Source: Nitrospirota bacterium
GTDB taxonomy: Bacteria; Nitrospirota; Nitrospiria; SBBL01; JAADHI01
Direction: 5' to 3'
Assembly: GCA_029261215.1 (NCBI GenBank)
Contig: JAJDBT010000118.1
Location: forward strand, 9,121 to 73,120
Length of the DNA: 64,000 nt
Below the pieces are notes generated by a model that made no database searches, was not told where the DNA came from, and was given only the letters and a program-made list of their open reading frames with translations. Positions 1 to 11,058 of this stretch are shown here, piece after piece (the stretch's first letter is position 1; each line of letters opens with the position of its first letter). The translations under genes and the position numbers were made by a program.

Positions 1-293
1 TTGTGCCCGCCTATCAAGCAGTGCGGCCTGTTTATTCCGATGAAGACATTGAACGCTTTTTAAACCGGGGCGCCATCGACATGCTCACCTTTGCCAGCGC
101 CTCCACGCTCCGCCATTTTGTAGAGATTATCGGAAAGGAACGATTTGAGCACCATCTTAAAGAGAGCGACATTGCAGCCATCGGCCCGATTACGGCACAG
201 GCCGCAGAAGAACAGGGTTTGATGGTCGCGCTCACACCGAAAGACTACACCTTCTCATCGCTCACGGAAGCGATTGTAGATTATTATCAATAA
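1..293 (+). CDS. hemD: Uroporphyrinogen-III synthase domain, C-terminal fragment (5' end lies outside the window; could be a CobA/HemD fusion)
   Basis: The ORF is open to the window edge. Its HemD-like C-terminus (FASASTLRHF...AAIGPITA) lies directly upstream of hemB. Confidence 0.6.
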   Translation, partial: VPAYQAVRPVYSDEDIERFLNRGAIDMLTFASASTLRHFVEIIGKERFEHHLKESDIAAIGPITAQAAEEQGLMVALTPKDYTFSSLTEAIVDYYQ

Positions 294-320
294 TCAGGGT
301 AAACTGAATCCTGACTTTTT

Positions 321-1310
321 TTGGAGATCCTATTGGCTTTTCCGGTTCAACGTCTACGACGATTAAGACAAAGCGGCCCCATCCGAAACATGGTGAGAGA
401 AACCCGGCTTTCGGTGGATCAACTCATCCTCCCGCTCTTTGTTCAACATGGTACGGGAAAAAATGAAATCGCGTCCATGCCCGGTCAATACCGACTCAGC
501 ATTCCGGCACTACTAAAAGAAACGACTAAAGCCTTCCGGCTCGGCATTCCCGCCGTTATTCTCTTTGGCATTCCAAAAATCAAGGATGAATTCGGCTCCG
601 AAGGGCTCGACCCCAATGGCATTGTGCAGCAGGCCGTTCGCGCAATTAAAAAAGAACTCCCCGAACTTGTGGTCATCACGGACGTCTGTGTCGATGAATA
701 CACCTCGCACGGACACTGTGGCGTGGTAAAGGATGGAAAAATCCTAAACGACGAAACGCTGGATCTGCTGGTTAAAATGGCCTTGACCCATGTAGAGGCC
801 GGGGCCGATATTGTCGCGCCCTCCGATATGATGGACGGACGTGTTGGCGCGATCCGCACAGGTCTCGACAAAAATGGATATCACGACATCCCGATTCTTT
901 CTTACGCTGTGAAATATGCGTCCTGTTTCTACGCCCCTTTCCGTGACGCCGCAGGCTCTGCCCCCGAATTTGGCGACAGGAAAGCCTATCAAATGGATCC
1001 TGCCAATCGCAGGGAAGCCTTTCGCGAAGCGGCTCTTGACATCGAAGAAGGAGCCGATATCATTATGGTGAAACCTGCCCTCCCCTATCTGGATATCATT
1101 CGGGACATTAAAGATCGTTTTGATCTTCCAGTGGCCGCATATCAGGTCAGCGGCGAATATGCGATGATTAAGGCCGCAGCGGAAAAAGGATGGCTCGACG
1201 AATCCAGGGCGATTTATGAATCTCATCTTGCCATGAAACGGGCAGGGGCGGATATATTGCTCACTTATTTTGCCAAAGAGATGGCTCAAATTCTCACTGA
1301 AGGACAATAA
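321..1310 (+). CDS. hemB: Porphobilinogen synthase (delta-aminolevulinate dehydratase)
   Basis: 329-aa ORF with a TTG start. It carries ALAD blocks [16 protein letters not shown] and [12 protein letters not shown], plus the active-site Lys region [13 protein letters not shown]. Confidence 0.93.
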   Translation: MEILLAFPVQRLRRLRQSGPIRNMVRETRLSVDQLILPLFVQHGTGKNEIASMPGQYRLSIPALLKETTKAFRLGIPAVILFGIPKIKDEFGSEGLDPNGIVQQAVRAIKKELPELVVITDVCVDEYTSHGHCGVVKDGKILNDETLDLLVKMALTHVEAGADIVAPSDMMDGRVGAIRTGLDKNGYHDIPILSYAVKYASCFYAPFRDAAGSAPEFGDRKAYQMDPANRREAFREAALDIEEGADIIMVKPALPYLDIIRDIKDRFDLPVAAYQVSGEYAMIKAAAEKGWLDESRAIYESHLAMKRAGADILLTYFAKEMAQILTEGQ

Positions 1311-1312
1311 TC

Positions 1313-2266
1313 ATGAAATTGCTAATCGGCGCATCAAATATTAAACCCAATCTGGATTACCCTGTCGTCGCTATCGGAAACTTTGATGGCGTTCATCTCG
1401 GCCATCAAGCGATTATTGCCAAGGCCATCAGCCGAGCAAAAGCAAACAACGGCAATGCCGTTCTGCTTACCTTTGAGCCGCATCCGAGACGTTATTTTTT
1501 CCCCGAACAAACCTTTAAACTGCTAAACACGTTTCAGATTAAAACACGTATTATCGAAAACTTTGGCATCGATGTGACCTATTGCACCGAATTCAACAAA
1601 AAGTTTGCGGAATTGTCCCCCGAAGAATTCGCCACAGAATTTCTCCATAAAAAAATGGGTGCCAAAGAGGTAATAGTCGGCAGTAATTTCCGATTTGGAA
1701 AAGACCGCGCGGGCACCGTCGAGGACCTGATTGGTTTTGGAACAACACTCGGCTTCACCGTCATCACTCCTGACCCTGTTATTGTAGAAAACCAGATTGT
1801 CAGTTCTTCGGTCATCAGAAAACTCCTGCACGAAGGCAATGTCACCCTCGCAGCAAAAATGCTCGGACGATACTACACGCTTGAAGGCAAGGTCATTCGA
1901 GGTGATGATGTTGCGACATCCCTCGGCTTCCCGACCGCCAATCTCCGCCTCCCCAATGAACTGATTCCCAAAGACGGTATTTATGCCGCCCGCGCCGATT
2001 TTTTAAAGACCGATGGCTACGGAACGAAAGAGGGTGTGGTCTACATCGGATCAAAACCCACCTTTGATAAAAAGGTCCTCTCTGTGGAAGTGCATCTCTT
2101 TGATTTCGAAAAAGACCTTTATGACAAACGTGTCCGGGTCACTCTGATCGACTGGATTCGGGGGGATCAACAATTTGAAAACCAGGCAGACCTGATTGAC
2201 GCCATCAAAAAAGACATCCAAAAAACACGAGAAATCCTGGCGAAAGCGGGAGTGACGCCCACTTAA
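1313..2266 (+). CDS. ribF: Bifunctional riboflavin kinase / FMN adenylyltransferase
   Basis: The N-terminal nucleotidyltransferase motif GNFDGVHLGHQ is followed by a C-terminal riboflavin kinase region (GFPTANL...). Confidence 0.93.
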   Translation: MKLLIGASNIKPNLDYPVVAIGNFDGVHLGHQAIIAKAISRAKANNGNAVLLTFEPHPRRYFFPEQTFKLLNTFQIKTRIIENFGIDVTYCTEFNKKFAELSPEEFATEFLHKKMGAKEVIVGSNFRFGKDRAGTVEDLIGFGTTLGFTVITPDPVIVENQIVSSSVIRKLLHEGNVTLAAKMLGRYYTLEGKVIRGDDVATSLGFPTANLRLPNELIPKDGIYAARADFLKTDGYGTKEGVVYIGSKPTFDKKVLSVEVHLFDFEKDLYDKRVRVTLIDWIRGDQQFENQADLIDAIKKDIQKTREILAKAGVTPT

Positions 2267-2271
2267 CGCAG

Positions 2272-3729
2272 ATGTCCTCCCTTTTAGAAAAGGTTCGGCG
2301 CGCGATCATTCGTTTTGCTGTTCAACCGAATGACAAAATCGTTGTGGCCGTTTCTGGAGGGCCGGATTCTGTCTGCCTGCTCTATCTCTTAAAAAATCTG
2401 CCTGCCCCCTATCGCCTTGACCTCCATGTCGCTCATCTCAACCACCAGTTTCGCCCCGAAGCCGCCGAGGAAGCACATTTTGTCGAAAAACTTGCGGGAC
2501 AATGGCACCTGCCCGTCACCATCGCCGAGCGGCCCGTTTCTGACATTTGCAAAACACAAAAACTTTCAAAACAGGCGGGGGCACGGATGGTCCGCTACCA
2601 ATTTTGTGAAGCGCTTGCGAAAGAGGTCGATGCCCAATGGATTGCTTTCGGACATACGGCCGATGATCAGGCCGAAACCATGCTCATGCGAATACTCCGA
2701 GGGGCCGGAGGGCCTGGACTTGGCGGCATCCCCGAAAAAAGGAATCACCTTATTCTGCGGCCAATCATTGAGTGCAGCCGGAAGGACATTATTACGACGC
2801 TTCAAAAAGAAAATATTTCATATATTGAAGACCCTTCAAACAAACAACCGATTTACCTGCGCAATCGAATCCGGCATCAGCTGATACCGGCCCTCGAACA
2901 ATACAACCCGAATATAAAAAACACGCTTTGCAGGGAAGCCGAATTACTTCAGGATGAAAATGAACTGATTGATCAATGGATGTTACAGATGATTCCTGAG
3001 CTCGGAATTCAAAGTAGACAAGACTCAGTCAGCTTTCATATTTCCGCTTTACAAAAACAGCACATTGCCCTTCAACGCAGGCTCATCCGATGGGGGATCA
3101 AGGAAGTCCTGCATCACCTGGAGGGCATCACGTTTCAACATATTGAAACCATTCGAACACAAGGGCTCAACGGAAAAAATGGCATCACCCTTCAACTGCC
3201 ACACGGGATGGTCGCCATAAAACAATATTCAAAACTGATCTTACGACAAGGGATATTGTCCGGGGCAACAAGAATCAGCAATACAAAAAGACCAGAGCGC
3301 CTTCTCCCGGAAATGACCATTGTCCCTTCAAGGGCCCGTGTTGATTTTCATGAATGGAATTTGCGTTTAAAGATCTCCCTCACACAAAATCGTTCTCCGG
3401 TCTTTTCAGCTTGCATCGCTTCTTTTGACTTTGATACTCTTTCAACACCTTTATCACTGAGAACATGGCAGGCTGGAGATCGGTTTTCACCCTTTGGGAT
3501 GGGAGGCCTGCACAAAAAAATTCAGGATTTTTTTGTTGATGCTAAAATCCCAAAGGAGAACCGTCCCCATATTCCACTTTTAAGCTCTCCACAAGGCATC
3601 TTATGGGTTGTGGGCTTCCGAACCGACGAGCGATTTAGGGCAACAGAGCATACCGTCCGAATACTGACCATTGAAGTTGAACCATTAACGACCGAACCAA
3701 TACTGAATGAGAGGAACCATGGAGAATAA
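2272..3729 (+). CDS. tilS: tRNA(Ile)-lysidine synthase
   Basis: PP-loop motif SGGPDS is present. The gene sits in the conserved tilS-hpt-ftsH-folP order. Confidence 0.9.
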   Translation: MSSLLEKVRRAIIRFAVQPNDKIVVAVSGGPDSVCLLYLLKNLPAPYRLDLHVAHLNHQFRPEAAEEAHFVEKLAGQWHLPVTIAERPVSDICKTQKLSKQAGARMVRYQFCEALAKEVDAQWIAFGHTADDQAETMLMRILRGAGGPGLGGIPEKRNHLILRPIIECSRKDIITTLQKENISYIEDPSNKQPIYLRNRIRHQLIPALEQYNPNIKNTLCREAELLQDENELIDQWMLQMIPELGIQSRQDSVSFHISALQKQHIALQRRLIRWGIKEVLHHLEGITFQHIETIRTQGLNGKNGITLQLPHGMVAIKQYSKLILRQGILSGATRISNTKRPERLLPEMTIVPSRARVDFHEWNLRLKISLTQNRSPVFSACIASFDFDTLSTPLSLRTWQAGDRFSPFGMGGLHKKIQDFFVDAKIPKENRPHIPLLSSPQGILWVVGFRTDERFRATEHTVRILTIEVEPLTTEPILNERNHGE

Positions 3730-4261
3730 ACTTTTTGGAAAACCGGTGATCCATCAGGAAGCCATGCGAAAACGGATCAAGGCGCTGGGGGCAACAATCG
3801 CTAAAGATTACGAAGGAAAAGATCTCATCCTCATTGGGGTACTCAAGGGTGCCTTCGCCTTTTTTGCAGACTTGGCACGGGCGATTCCCATTCCCTTGCA
3901 AGTCGATTTCCTTGTAGTATCGCGCCTTAGAGATAAACGGCGTAAAGACGGCGGCACGGTCAGTATCACCTCAGACCTCTCCACAGAGATAAAAGGCCGT
4001 GATGTCCTCATCGTGGAAGATATTGTGGATTCCGGGTACACACTGACCTTTTTAAAAAAAGAACTATTAAAGAAAAACCCGAACTCGCTCAAGTGCTGTA
4101 CATTGCTGAATAAACCCGAAAGACGCAAAATCCAAGTCACTGTGGATTATATTTGTTTCGAAATTCCAGATCGCTATGTTGTCGGATATGGACTCGACTA
4201 CAAGGATAAATACCGAAACCTCCCCTATATCGCGTCATTAGAAAACGTGGTCGCAGAGTAA
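3707..4261 (+). CDS. hpt: Hypoxanthine-guanine phosphoribosyltransferase
   Basis: PRPP-binding motif VLIVEDIVDSGYTL is present. The ORF overlaps the tilS 3' end; ATG 3719 is an alternative start. Confidence 0.92.
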   Translation: MRGTMENKLFGKPVIHQEAMRKRIKALGATIAKDYEGKDLILIGVLKGAFAFFADLARAIPIPLQVDFLVVSRLRDKRRKDGGTVSITSDLSTEIKGRDVLIVEDIVDSGYTLTFLKKELLKKNPNSLKCCTLLNKPERRKIQVTVDYICFEIPDRYVVGYGLDYKDKYRNLPYIASLENVVAE

Positions 4262-4349
4262 ACGGATTCAGCGCACAAGATCCTTGAATTCAATAACAAC
4301 AGTGATTATATTGGTCAAACAACATTAATGTCGTGAGAGTGACTATTGA

Positions 4350-4378
4350 TTGTCAGCTGTTTTCCAGTGTGCTAGAAT
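4350..4378 (+). promoter_or_regulatory. Sigma70-like promoter for ftsH (TTGTCA-17 nt-TAGAAT, with TGc directly upstream of the -10)
   Basis: The hexamers were read directly at 4350-4355 and 4373-4378, about 55 nt upstream of the ftsH ATG. A GGAG Shine-Dalgarno lies at 4422-4425. Confidence 0.5.
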
Positions 4379-4431
4379 GCAAAGATAGTATCTCTACATT
4401 TTTTAAGCCTATGGACTTTTAGGAGAAATAG

Positions 4432-6252
4432 ATGAATCCACGCTCAAAAAATCTTGCCCTTTGGATCGTCGTGGGGCTTTTCATGATTCTGCTGTTTAAC
4501 CTTTTTAACACCGCGCCACATCAGATCGAAGATGAAATCATCTTTTCTGAATTCATGGCAAAGACTGAAAAGGGCGAGGTGTCTGAGGTAACGATAAGAG
4601 ATAATTTTATTAGCGGAACCCTAAAAGACGGCACGAATTTCAAAACCTATACCGCAAATGATCCTGACCTTGTTAAAATACTCCGTGAAAAAAACGTACG
4701 AATCACCGCGAAGCCCCCTGAAGTGCCGCCTTGGTACATCACCTTTCTTATGACATGGGGTCCATTTATCCTCTTCATCGGACTGTGGGTTTTCTTTATG
4801 CGACAAATGCAAATGGGTGGCAACAAAGCCCTTTCATTTGGAAAAAGTAAAGCCAAACTCCTTTCCGAAGAAAAAAAGAAAGTCACTTTTGCCGATGTCG
4901 CAGGCGTTGAAGAAGCCAAGGCCGAAGTCGAAGAAATTATTGAGTTTTTGAAAGATCCGCCCAAATTCCAAAAATTGGGTGGACGTATCCCAAAAGGGGT
5001 CTTGGTCATTGGACCTCCCGGTACGGGAAAAACCCTCTTGGCCAAAGCCATCGCAGGAGAAGCGGGTGTTCCCTTTTTTTCGATTTCAGGGTCTGACTTT
5101 GTCGAGATGTTTGTCGGTGTGGGAGCCTCCCGCGTCCGAGACCTTTTTGAGCAAGGGAAAAAACATGCCCCCTGTATCATCTTCATTGATGAAATAGATG
5201 CAGTAGGTCGGCATCGTGGCGCAGGACTCGGTGGAGGTCACGACGAGCGGGAGCAGACTTTGAACCAGCTTCTGGTTGAAATGGATGGTTTTGAAACAAC
5301 AGAAGGCGTTATCTTAATCGCCGCCACAAACCGTCCCGACGTGCTTGATCCGGCGCTGCTTCGCCCTGGGCGTTTTGACCGCCAAATCACCGTAGGTCGT
5401 CCCGATGTCAAGGGAAGAGCTGAGGTATTAAAAGTTCACACGAAGAAAATCCCCCTGAACAGCGATGTTGGCTTAGATCTTATCGCACGAGGCACACCCG
5501 GTTTTGCGGGGGCTGATCTTGAAAACCTTGTCAACGAAGCAGCCCTGCTTGCCGCCAGGAGAAATAAAACCTCGGTGGAGATGGAAGATTTCGAAGACGC
5601 TAAAGATAAAGTACTAATGGGTGTCGAACGAAGAAGTATGGTCTTAACCGACGAACAAAAAAGGGTGACGGCCTATCATGAGGCAGGCCATGCCCTGATG
5701 GCCAAACTATTGCCAGGTACGGACCCGATTCACAAAGTCACGATTATTCCTCGTGGACGTGCCTTGGGTGTCACCATGCAGCTTCCCACGGACGACCGAC
5801 ACAATTATCAAAAAGACTGGCTTTACAACACCATCGCCATCATGATGGGAGGCCGCGTTGCAGAAGAACTGGTGCTCAATCAAATTACCACCGGAGCGGG
5901 CAACGACATCGAACGAGCCACTGACATGGCGAGGAAAATGGTCTGTGAATGGGGGATGAGTGACAAAATGGGCCCACTCACCTTTGGGAAAAAGGAACAG
6001 GAGATCTTTCTCGGGCGTGAGATTTCACAACATCGTGACTACTCAGAGCAGACTGCCATTGAAATTGATCATGAAGTCAGGCGCTTGATTGTCGAAAACT
6101 ACGAACGTGCAAAAACCATGATTTCGGAGAACATGAAGACACTCAAAGCCCTGGCCGAGGCGCTCCTGGAAAAAGAAACCCTGAACGCCAAAGAAGTCGA
6201 AGAAATTGTTCGAGCTTTTTCCCCAGCCCCGACCGTTCCCTCACCTGCGTAA
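4432..6252 (+). CDS. ftsH: ATP-dependent zinc metalloprotease FtsH
   Basis: Two N-terminal TM helices are followed by Walker A GPPGTGKT, Walker [31 protein letters not shown] and the zinc site HEAGHAL. Confidence 0.97.
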   Translation: MNPRSKNLALWIVVGLFMILLFNLFNTAPHQIEDEIIFSEFMAKTEKGEVSEVTIRDNFISGTLKDGTNFKTYTANDPDLVKILREKNVRITAKPPEVPPWYITFLMTWGPFILFIGLWVFFMRQMQMGGNKALSFGKSKAKLLSEEKKKVTFADVAGVEEAKAEVEEIIEFLKDPPKFQKLGGRIPKGVLVIGPPGTGKTLLAKAIAGEAGVPFFSISGSDFVEMFVGVGASRVRDLFEQGKKHAPCIIFIDEIDAVGRHRGAGLGGGHDEREQTLNQLLVEMDGFETTEGVILIAATNRPDVLDPALLRPGRFDRQITVGRPDVKGRAEVLKVHTKKIPLNSDVGLDLIARGTPGFAGADLENLVNEAALLAARRNKTSVEMEDFEDAKDKVLMGVERRSMVLTDEQKRVTAYHEAGHALMAKLLPGTDPIHKVTIIPRGRALGVTMQLPTDDRHNYQKDWLYNTIAIMMGGRVAEELVLNQITTGAGNDIERATDMARKMVCEWGMSDKMGPLTFGKKEQEIFLGREISQHRDYSEQTAIEIDHEVRRLIVENYERAKTMISENMKTLKALAEALLEKETLNAKEVEEIVRAFSPAPTVPSPA

Positions 6253-6258
6253 ATAAAG

Positions 6259-7185
6259 TTGACGAACATGCCACAAGAGAAGGCCTCCCGGAAACGGGGG
6301 GCCTTCTCTGTATCATCCCCTAAAACACCCTCCGGGCTTTGGCGTTGTGGTCATTTTCTCCTCAACTACAACAAGGCTCCTTTAATCATGGGAGTGCTCA
6401 ATGTGACTCCTGACTCTTTTTCTGATGGCGGGTCTTTCTCTCGTCCTGAAAAGGCCATTGCCCACGCGATGCAACTGGAAGCGGAGGGGGCTGATATCAT
6501 CGATATCGGGGGAGAATCAACACGACCTGGCGCAATGCCCGTTTCTTTAGAAGAAGAAGCACGACGCGTACTCTCCATCATAGAACAACTTTCAAAAAAA
6601 ACCGCGTTACCCATTTCAATTGATACAAAAAAAGCTGAAATTGCACAAAAAGCGATTGAAGCGGGTGCCACCATTATTAATGATGTAGGCGGCATAAACG
6701 GAGACTCAAACATGATCGCTGTGGCCGCCAGAAATAAAAAAACAGGTATTATTTTTATGCACGCAAAAGGAACACCACAAAACATGCAGCAAAACCCGCA
6801 TTATAAAAATCTCTTAAAAGAAATTCGTCTCTTTTTCATCGATAAAATCGCGCTTGCCCATGAACACAAGATTTCAAACAATAGAATCGCCCTGGACCCT
6901 GGCATCGGTTTTGGAAAAACAGTTCAGCATAACCTTCGCATTCTTCATCGAGTCCATTACTTTCAAGACCTTGGCCTGCCAATCATGCTTGGGCCATCAA
7001 GAAAATCATTTATTGGACATATCCTCGGCCTCCCGGCTTCAGATCGCATCGAAGGCACCGCAGCGGCCATTGCGATTTCGGTTTTACAGGGCGCGAAGAT
7101 ATTAAGGGTTCATGACGTTAAGGAGATGAAACGGGTCGTTACGATTGCTGAAGCCATCCGGAAAGAGGCTGTTTTTCAGCTCTAA
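6259..7185 (+). CDS. folP: Dihydropteroate synthase
   Basis: Carries GVLNVTPDSFSDGG and DIGGESTRPG motifs. The start is uncertain (TTG 6259 or ATG 6268). Confidence 0.92.
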   Translation: MTNMPQEKASRKRGAFSVSSPKTPSGLWRCGHFLLNYNKAPLIMGVLNVTPDSFSDGGSFSRPEKAIAHAMQLEAEGADIIDIGGESTRPGAMPVSLEEEARRVLSIIEQLSKKTALPISIDTKKAEIAQKAIEAGATIINDVGGINGDSNMIAVAARNKKTGIIFMHAKGTPQNMQQNPHYKNLLKEIRLFFIDKIALAHEHKISNNRIALDPGIGFGKTVQHNLRILHRVHYFQDLGLPIMLGPSRKSFIGHILGLPASDRIEGTAAAIAISVLQGAKILRVHDVKEMKRVVTIAEAIRKEAVFQL

Positions 7186-7191
7186 CTCCTT

Positions 7192-9759
7192 TTAAAAATA
7201 TTTTTTCTCTTCTTTTTTTACGTTTTTTTGAAGCCAATCCGAAAGTCCGGCGCTTTGCTTTGCTTTAAATCGGATCCCCAAGCGGATAAATTCCAGGGTT
7301 TGTGCAATCGCCCGTTCACCCATGCCTGAACGCCGCTCAGCTGGGTCAAAAAAATGCCGTACATCATCATGCCATTTTTCCGACCATAAATATCGCGCGG
7401 ACTGAATAATGCGTTGCGACCCGATACTACCGCACTTTTCGCGCAGTTGCTCCCAGCGGTTTTTTACGGTATCCCACACCTCCCCTTGAACTGAAGGATT
7501 CGCGAGCAAGGTGCGCATCGGTTTCCAGGCATCTTGAGCGCGGACTTTTTCAGACAGCGTGTAATCAATTAATTGCCGCGCTAAAGCAGGTTTATTAAAG
7601 TCAGTCAACGCCAAGAGATATTGGTCTCGAATCTCCGGCGTTTTGCTTTTTTCAAATTTTTCAAGAAACTGCTCAAATCGCTTTCCGCCATCCGAACGTG
7701 CACAAAGCCGCAATAAAGGCGTGACCATGATTGGATCAATCGAGTGAGGCTTTCTAAGGTAACGCATTTGGCGTCTTGGGAGTTCTGAAAGAATTTCTTC
7801 ATCCTGTACGATCGCGCCAAGCACCCAGAGTAAATCCGCACGCATCAGCCGACGGTCCTCATCTTCGCCTGGGGCAGCATCCCAGCCAAGCTCCCGCCAA
7901 AGTGGGCCGAACAAAGCAGAGACAAACGCCGTAAAGAGTATTCGGTCGGATGGCTCAACGAGTTGACGCGACAAGAGTTCGAGATAGGCAGATATATTCG
8001 CAATCAAAACACGGGGTTTCTCTCCATCAAAACGACGCAGGGTTTCCATGAAAAAAGAAATTGGAAGATCCCCACGACGGCTTAGCGCCCAAAAATTATC
8101 CAGAACACCGATTTTTTCGACCGATGAAAAATCGCTTAAAACCGCATTCGACACATCCTGCATTAAATCCGGCGAATAAGATGTCCGATAAAAACCCGAT
8201 TCACCCCCGTTCCCATAAAGCCATTGCACGGGACCATCACTTGAAAGATCAAGTGATGATTGTCTATCTTCAAAGACAATGCTTTTTATTTGAATACCTG
8301 AATCATCACGGTATTTGATGCGTAAGGGGATCGTCCAGGGTGGTGTCTCTTTTTCGTCTCCGGCAAAAAACCGTTTTTGGATGACTTCAAATTGGCCCAA
8401 ATTTTTATCAGTGGCGGAAAAAGTCACTAGGGGAAAACCAGGGCGTGTGAACCAATCTTTTGTAATTGCTGAAACAGGCTGCCCCGAAACTTCCTCTAAA
8501 ATGCTCCAAAGGTCCGCTGCCGTGGCATTTTGGTACTGATACTGTTTCATATATCTTCGAATACCGTCACGAAAGACCGCTTCACCCAAAAATTGCTCGA
8601 TCATGCGAAGACAGGCCCCACCTTTTTCGTAGGTCAGCACGTCGAACATTTCCTCTATCTCGGCAGCATTATGAACTTCCGAGTGAATTGCACGGCTGTT
8701 TTCAAGGGCGTCCAATTCCAGTGGAATCTCTTTTTCCTGCTGAAAAGTCCACCAAAAATGCCATTTTGGCCGCCACTGATCAACAATTTTACACGCGAGC
8801 CAGGTTGCAAAAGACTCATTCAGCCAAAGATCATCCCACCACACCATTGTCACCAAATTACCAAACCACTGATGCACAATTTCATGCGTAATGACACTTG
8901 CGACCCGGCGTTGGGTTTCAGTCGAAGAAAGGGACTCATCCAGTAAAAGACATGAATCCCGAAAAAAGATTGCGCCCCAATTCTCCATCGCCCCCATCGC
9001 AAAATCAGGCACACTGACCAAATCAAGCTTGGGTGTCGGGCAAGGCAGGTCAAAATAATCATTTAAAAGGGGCAGTACCGCAGAGGTGACCTTCAGGGCA
9101 AAACCTCCCAAAGCAAGCTGGCCTGGAATTGTCCATATCGCGACCTCAGTCTCTCCGATACGGATTGATTTTTTCTCAAGGCGCGCAACGCCAAGGGCAA
9201 GCAAATAGGTGGACATCACCGGGGTTTCGCCAAAAACAAGATGCTTCAAATCGCCTTCGACCTGCTCTGAAATAACAGGCATATTCGACAGCCCTTGCAA
9301 AGCAGCAGGAATGGTGATTTTCAAGCGAAAACGCGCCTTGAAGGCAGGCTCATCAAAACACGGGAACATGCGTCTCGCATCCGTGGCCTGAAACTGTGTA
9401 AACGCGTAAGTCTCGCCTTGGGATTTTGTTTCATACAAACCGCGCATTTGACGGTTTAAAATACCTGAGAAAGAAAGAGTAAGTGAGGCAGGCCCAGCCG
9501 GGATCGGCTCATTGAAAGAAATCGTAAGGGTTTCAGCGGCAGGGTCTAAGGAAACGGCCCCTTTTTTTGAAGCAAGCGTTGCCGCTGAAATGTCTAAATC
9601 CAGCGCATGCAGGGTAACAACCCTTGCAGGGCTTTCAAAATGAAGCTCGATTAAAACAGTTCCGGAAAAGGTCTTCTCTTCCGGAGAAACCACCAGATTG
9701 ATTGCATAAGAAACAGGGCGAACAGCGCTTAAAAGACGCCCCGAATTGTTTATAGACAC
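7192..9759 (-). CDS. pepN: M1-family aminopeptidase (aminopeptidase N-like)
   Basis: Exopeptidase motif GAMENWG and zinc site HEIVHQWFGN...WLNESFA are present. 855 aa. Confidence 0.88.
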   Translation of the reverse strand: MSINNSGRLLSAVRPVSYAINLVVSPEEKTFSGTVLIELHFESPARVVTLHALDLDISAATLASKKGAVSLDPAAETLTISFNEPIPAGPASLTLSFSGILNRQMRGLYETKSQGETYAFTQFQATDARRMFPCFDEPAFKARFRLKITIPAALQGLSNMPVISEQVEGDLKHLVFGETPVMSTYLLALGVARLEKKSIRIGETEVAIWTIPGQLALGGFALKVTSAVLPLLNDYFDLPCPTPKLDLVSVPDFAMGAMENWGAIFFRDSCLLLDESLSSTETQRRVASVITHEIVHQWFGNLVTMVWWDDLWLNESFATWLACKIVDQWRPKWHFWWTFQQEKEIPLELDALENSRAIHSEVHNAAEIEEMFDVLTYEKGGACLRMIEQFLGEAVFRDGIRRYMKQYQYQNATAADLWSILEEVSGQPVSAITKDWFTRPGFPLVTFSATDKNLGQFEVIQKRFFAGDEKETPPWTIPLRIKYRDDSGIQIKSIVFEDRQSSLDLSSDGPVQWLYGNGGESGFYRTSYSPDLMQDVSNAVLSDFSSVEKIGVLDNFWALSRRGDLPISFFMETLRRFDGEKPRVLIANISAYLELLSRQLVEPSDRILFTAFVSALFGPLWRELGWDAAPGEDEDRRLMRADLLWVLGAIVQDEEILSELPRRQMRYLRKPHSIDPIMVTPLLRLCARSDGGKRFEQFLEKFEKSKTPEIRDQYLLALTDFNKPALARQLIDYTLSEKVRAQDAWKPMRTLLANPSVQGEVWDTVKNRWEQLREKCGSIGSQRIIQSARYLWSEKWHDDVRHFFDPAERRSGMGERAIAQTLEFIRLGIRFKAKQSAGLSDWLQKNVKKEEKKYF

Positions 9760-9820
9760 ACCGATTCCTTAACAATTCCACTTAGGCGGTCAGACAAGTG
9801 GCATTCGATCTCTTTGAAAG

Positions 9821-10576
9821 CTACCTCTTTTTTGCGAGAAACTCTTTACGATAGATCGAAGGAGAAAGTCCTACCTTGTTTTGGAACACCTTGCAAAAAT
9901 AGCCTTGATCTGAAAAACCAACCTCGCTGCTGACTTGCTTGATGATCCGATGAGGATCTCTCAGGAGCTGGGTTGCACGAAAGATTCGGACTTCGATGAG
10001 ATAATCATGAAAGCCGACCCGGCATTCCTCCTTAAAAGAGGCAGAAAGATACTTAGGGTGAAGCGAAACCGCCTGTCCCACACCTTCTAGGGAAAGATCA
10101 GGAGAGCTATGGTGCCGGTCAATAAATTGAACCGCTCTAAAAATCTTGATGGAAAGGGAATGTATCGGGATATTCAGGGTTTCATGAACCTGCTGAAAAG
10201 GATTTGTTCCCACCAGCCGGGCTATTTTTTGAACTAGCGCCTCATTATCCCAAGGTTTTTCAATAAAACCGTGCGGCCTCATGTTAATCATTTGCATCAA
10301 GAGCTCTTTACTTCCATACGCGCTGATAAACAGGATCGGCGTCACACGATCTTCTTTCCGAATTTGTTTAAAAAGCTCAACTCCGTCGGTCTCGGAAAGA
10401 CGATAATCTAAAACAATCAGATTGAGTTCCTTTCGCTGCTTTAAAATATGTAAGGCATCTTCGGCCTGTTCAGCACAAAGGATTTCATATTTTTCCTGAA
10501 AAAGCTGCTTGAACGCATTCAAGATCGCTGGATCATCATCCACTAGAAGAATTACTTTTTTCAATGTCTCCGTCAT
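9821..10576 (-). CDS. Response regulator with AraC-type HTH output domain
   Basis: An N-terminal receiver (ILLVDDD..., LIVLDYRLSETDG) is joined to a C-terminal AraC HTH (GFSDQGYFCKVFQNKVGLSPSIYR). Confidence 0.85.
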   Translation of the reverse strand: MTETLKKVILLVDDDPAILNAFKQLFQEKYEILCAEQAEDALHILKQRKELNLIVLDYRLSETDGVELFKQIRKEDRVTPILFISAYGSKELLMQMINMRPHGFIEKPWDNEALVQKIARLVGTNPFQQVHETLNIPIHSLSIKIFRAVQFIDRHHSSPDLSLEGVGQAVSLHPKYLSASFKEECRVGFHDYLIEVRIFRATQLLRDPHRIIKQVSSEVGFSDQGYFCKVFQNKVGLSPSIYRKEFLAKKR

Positions 10577-11058
10577 CGAATCTGCACCTCTTCTCTACAT
10601 TTTTAAAATGAATAAGAAATTCCCGTCTTCTGCAACTCCGTCGCTCAGTGCTCCAAAAAGGATCCATCCTCTTCCAAGGCAAGAATTCGCAGCCACATTC
10701 GGAGGAAATACTAACACAAAATTTCCCGTTATAAAAGGGCTTTTAACCGATCAAAGCCCTTTAGAATCAAGGCCCTTTCTGTTTAAATCTCCCCGAAACT
10801 TCGACCCAGGCATCGTGACGAAGCGTTCAAACCATCACGGCCCCCGCTGGGTAAACCGTCTAAAACACCCTCAGAACAAGAGACAGACATCACTCCCACA
10901 TGTTTATGGTATACCTGTTTCAGTCCTTCGTGGAAGCTAAAAATGAAAAAAGGCTTCAGTGCCTCGCGCTCAAAATCAGACCCCGGCCAAATTTAGAGCA
11001 GACAATGCCAGGCATTAAAGCTTAGAATAGTGTATTAAAACACGATACAAAACCAAAA

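Noticed and set aside
744-9062. Long antisense or alternative-frame ORFs inside hemB, ftsH, folP and pepN (e.g. 744-1307, 4647-5186, 6366-6785, 8466-8946)
   Set aside because: Each lies within a housekeeping gene whose own frame carries unmistakable catalytic motifs. None has independent coding evidence.
10509-10940. 143-aa plus-strand ORF in the RR/glgX intergenic region
   Set aside because: Its start overlaps the response-regulator gene in antisense orientation. The sequence is low-complexity and rich in Pro, Ser and Lys, with no Shine-Dalgarno and no motifs. I treat the region as non-coding.
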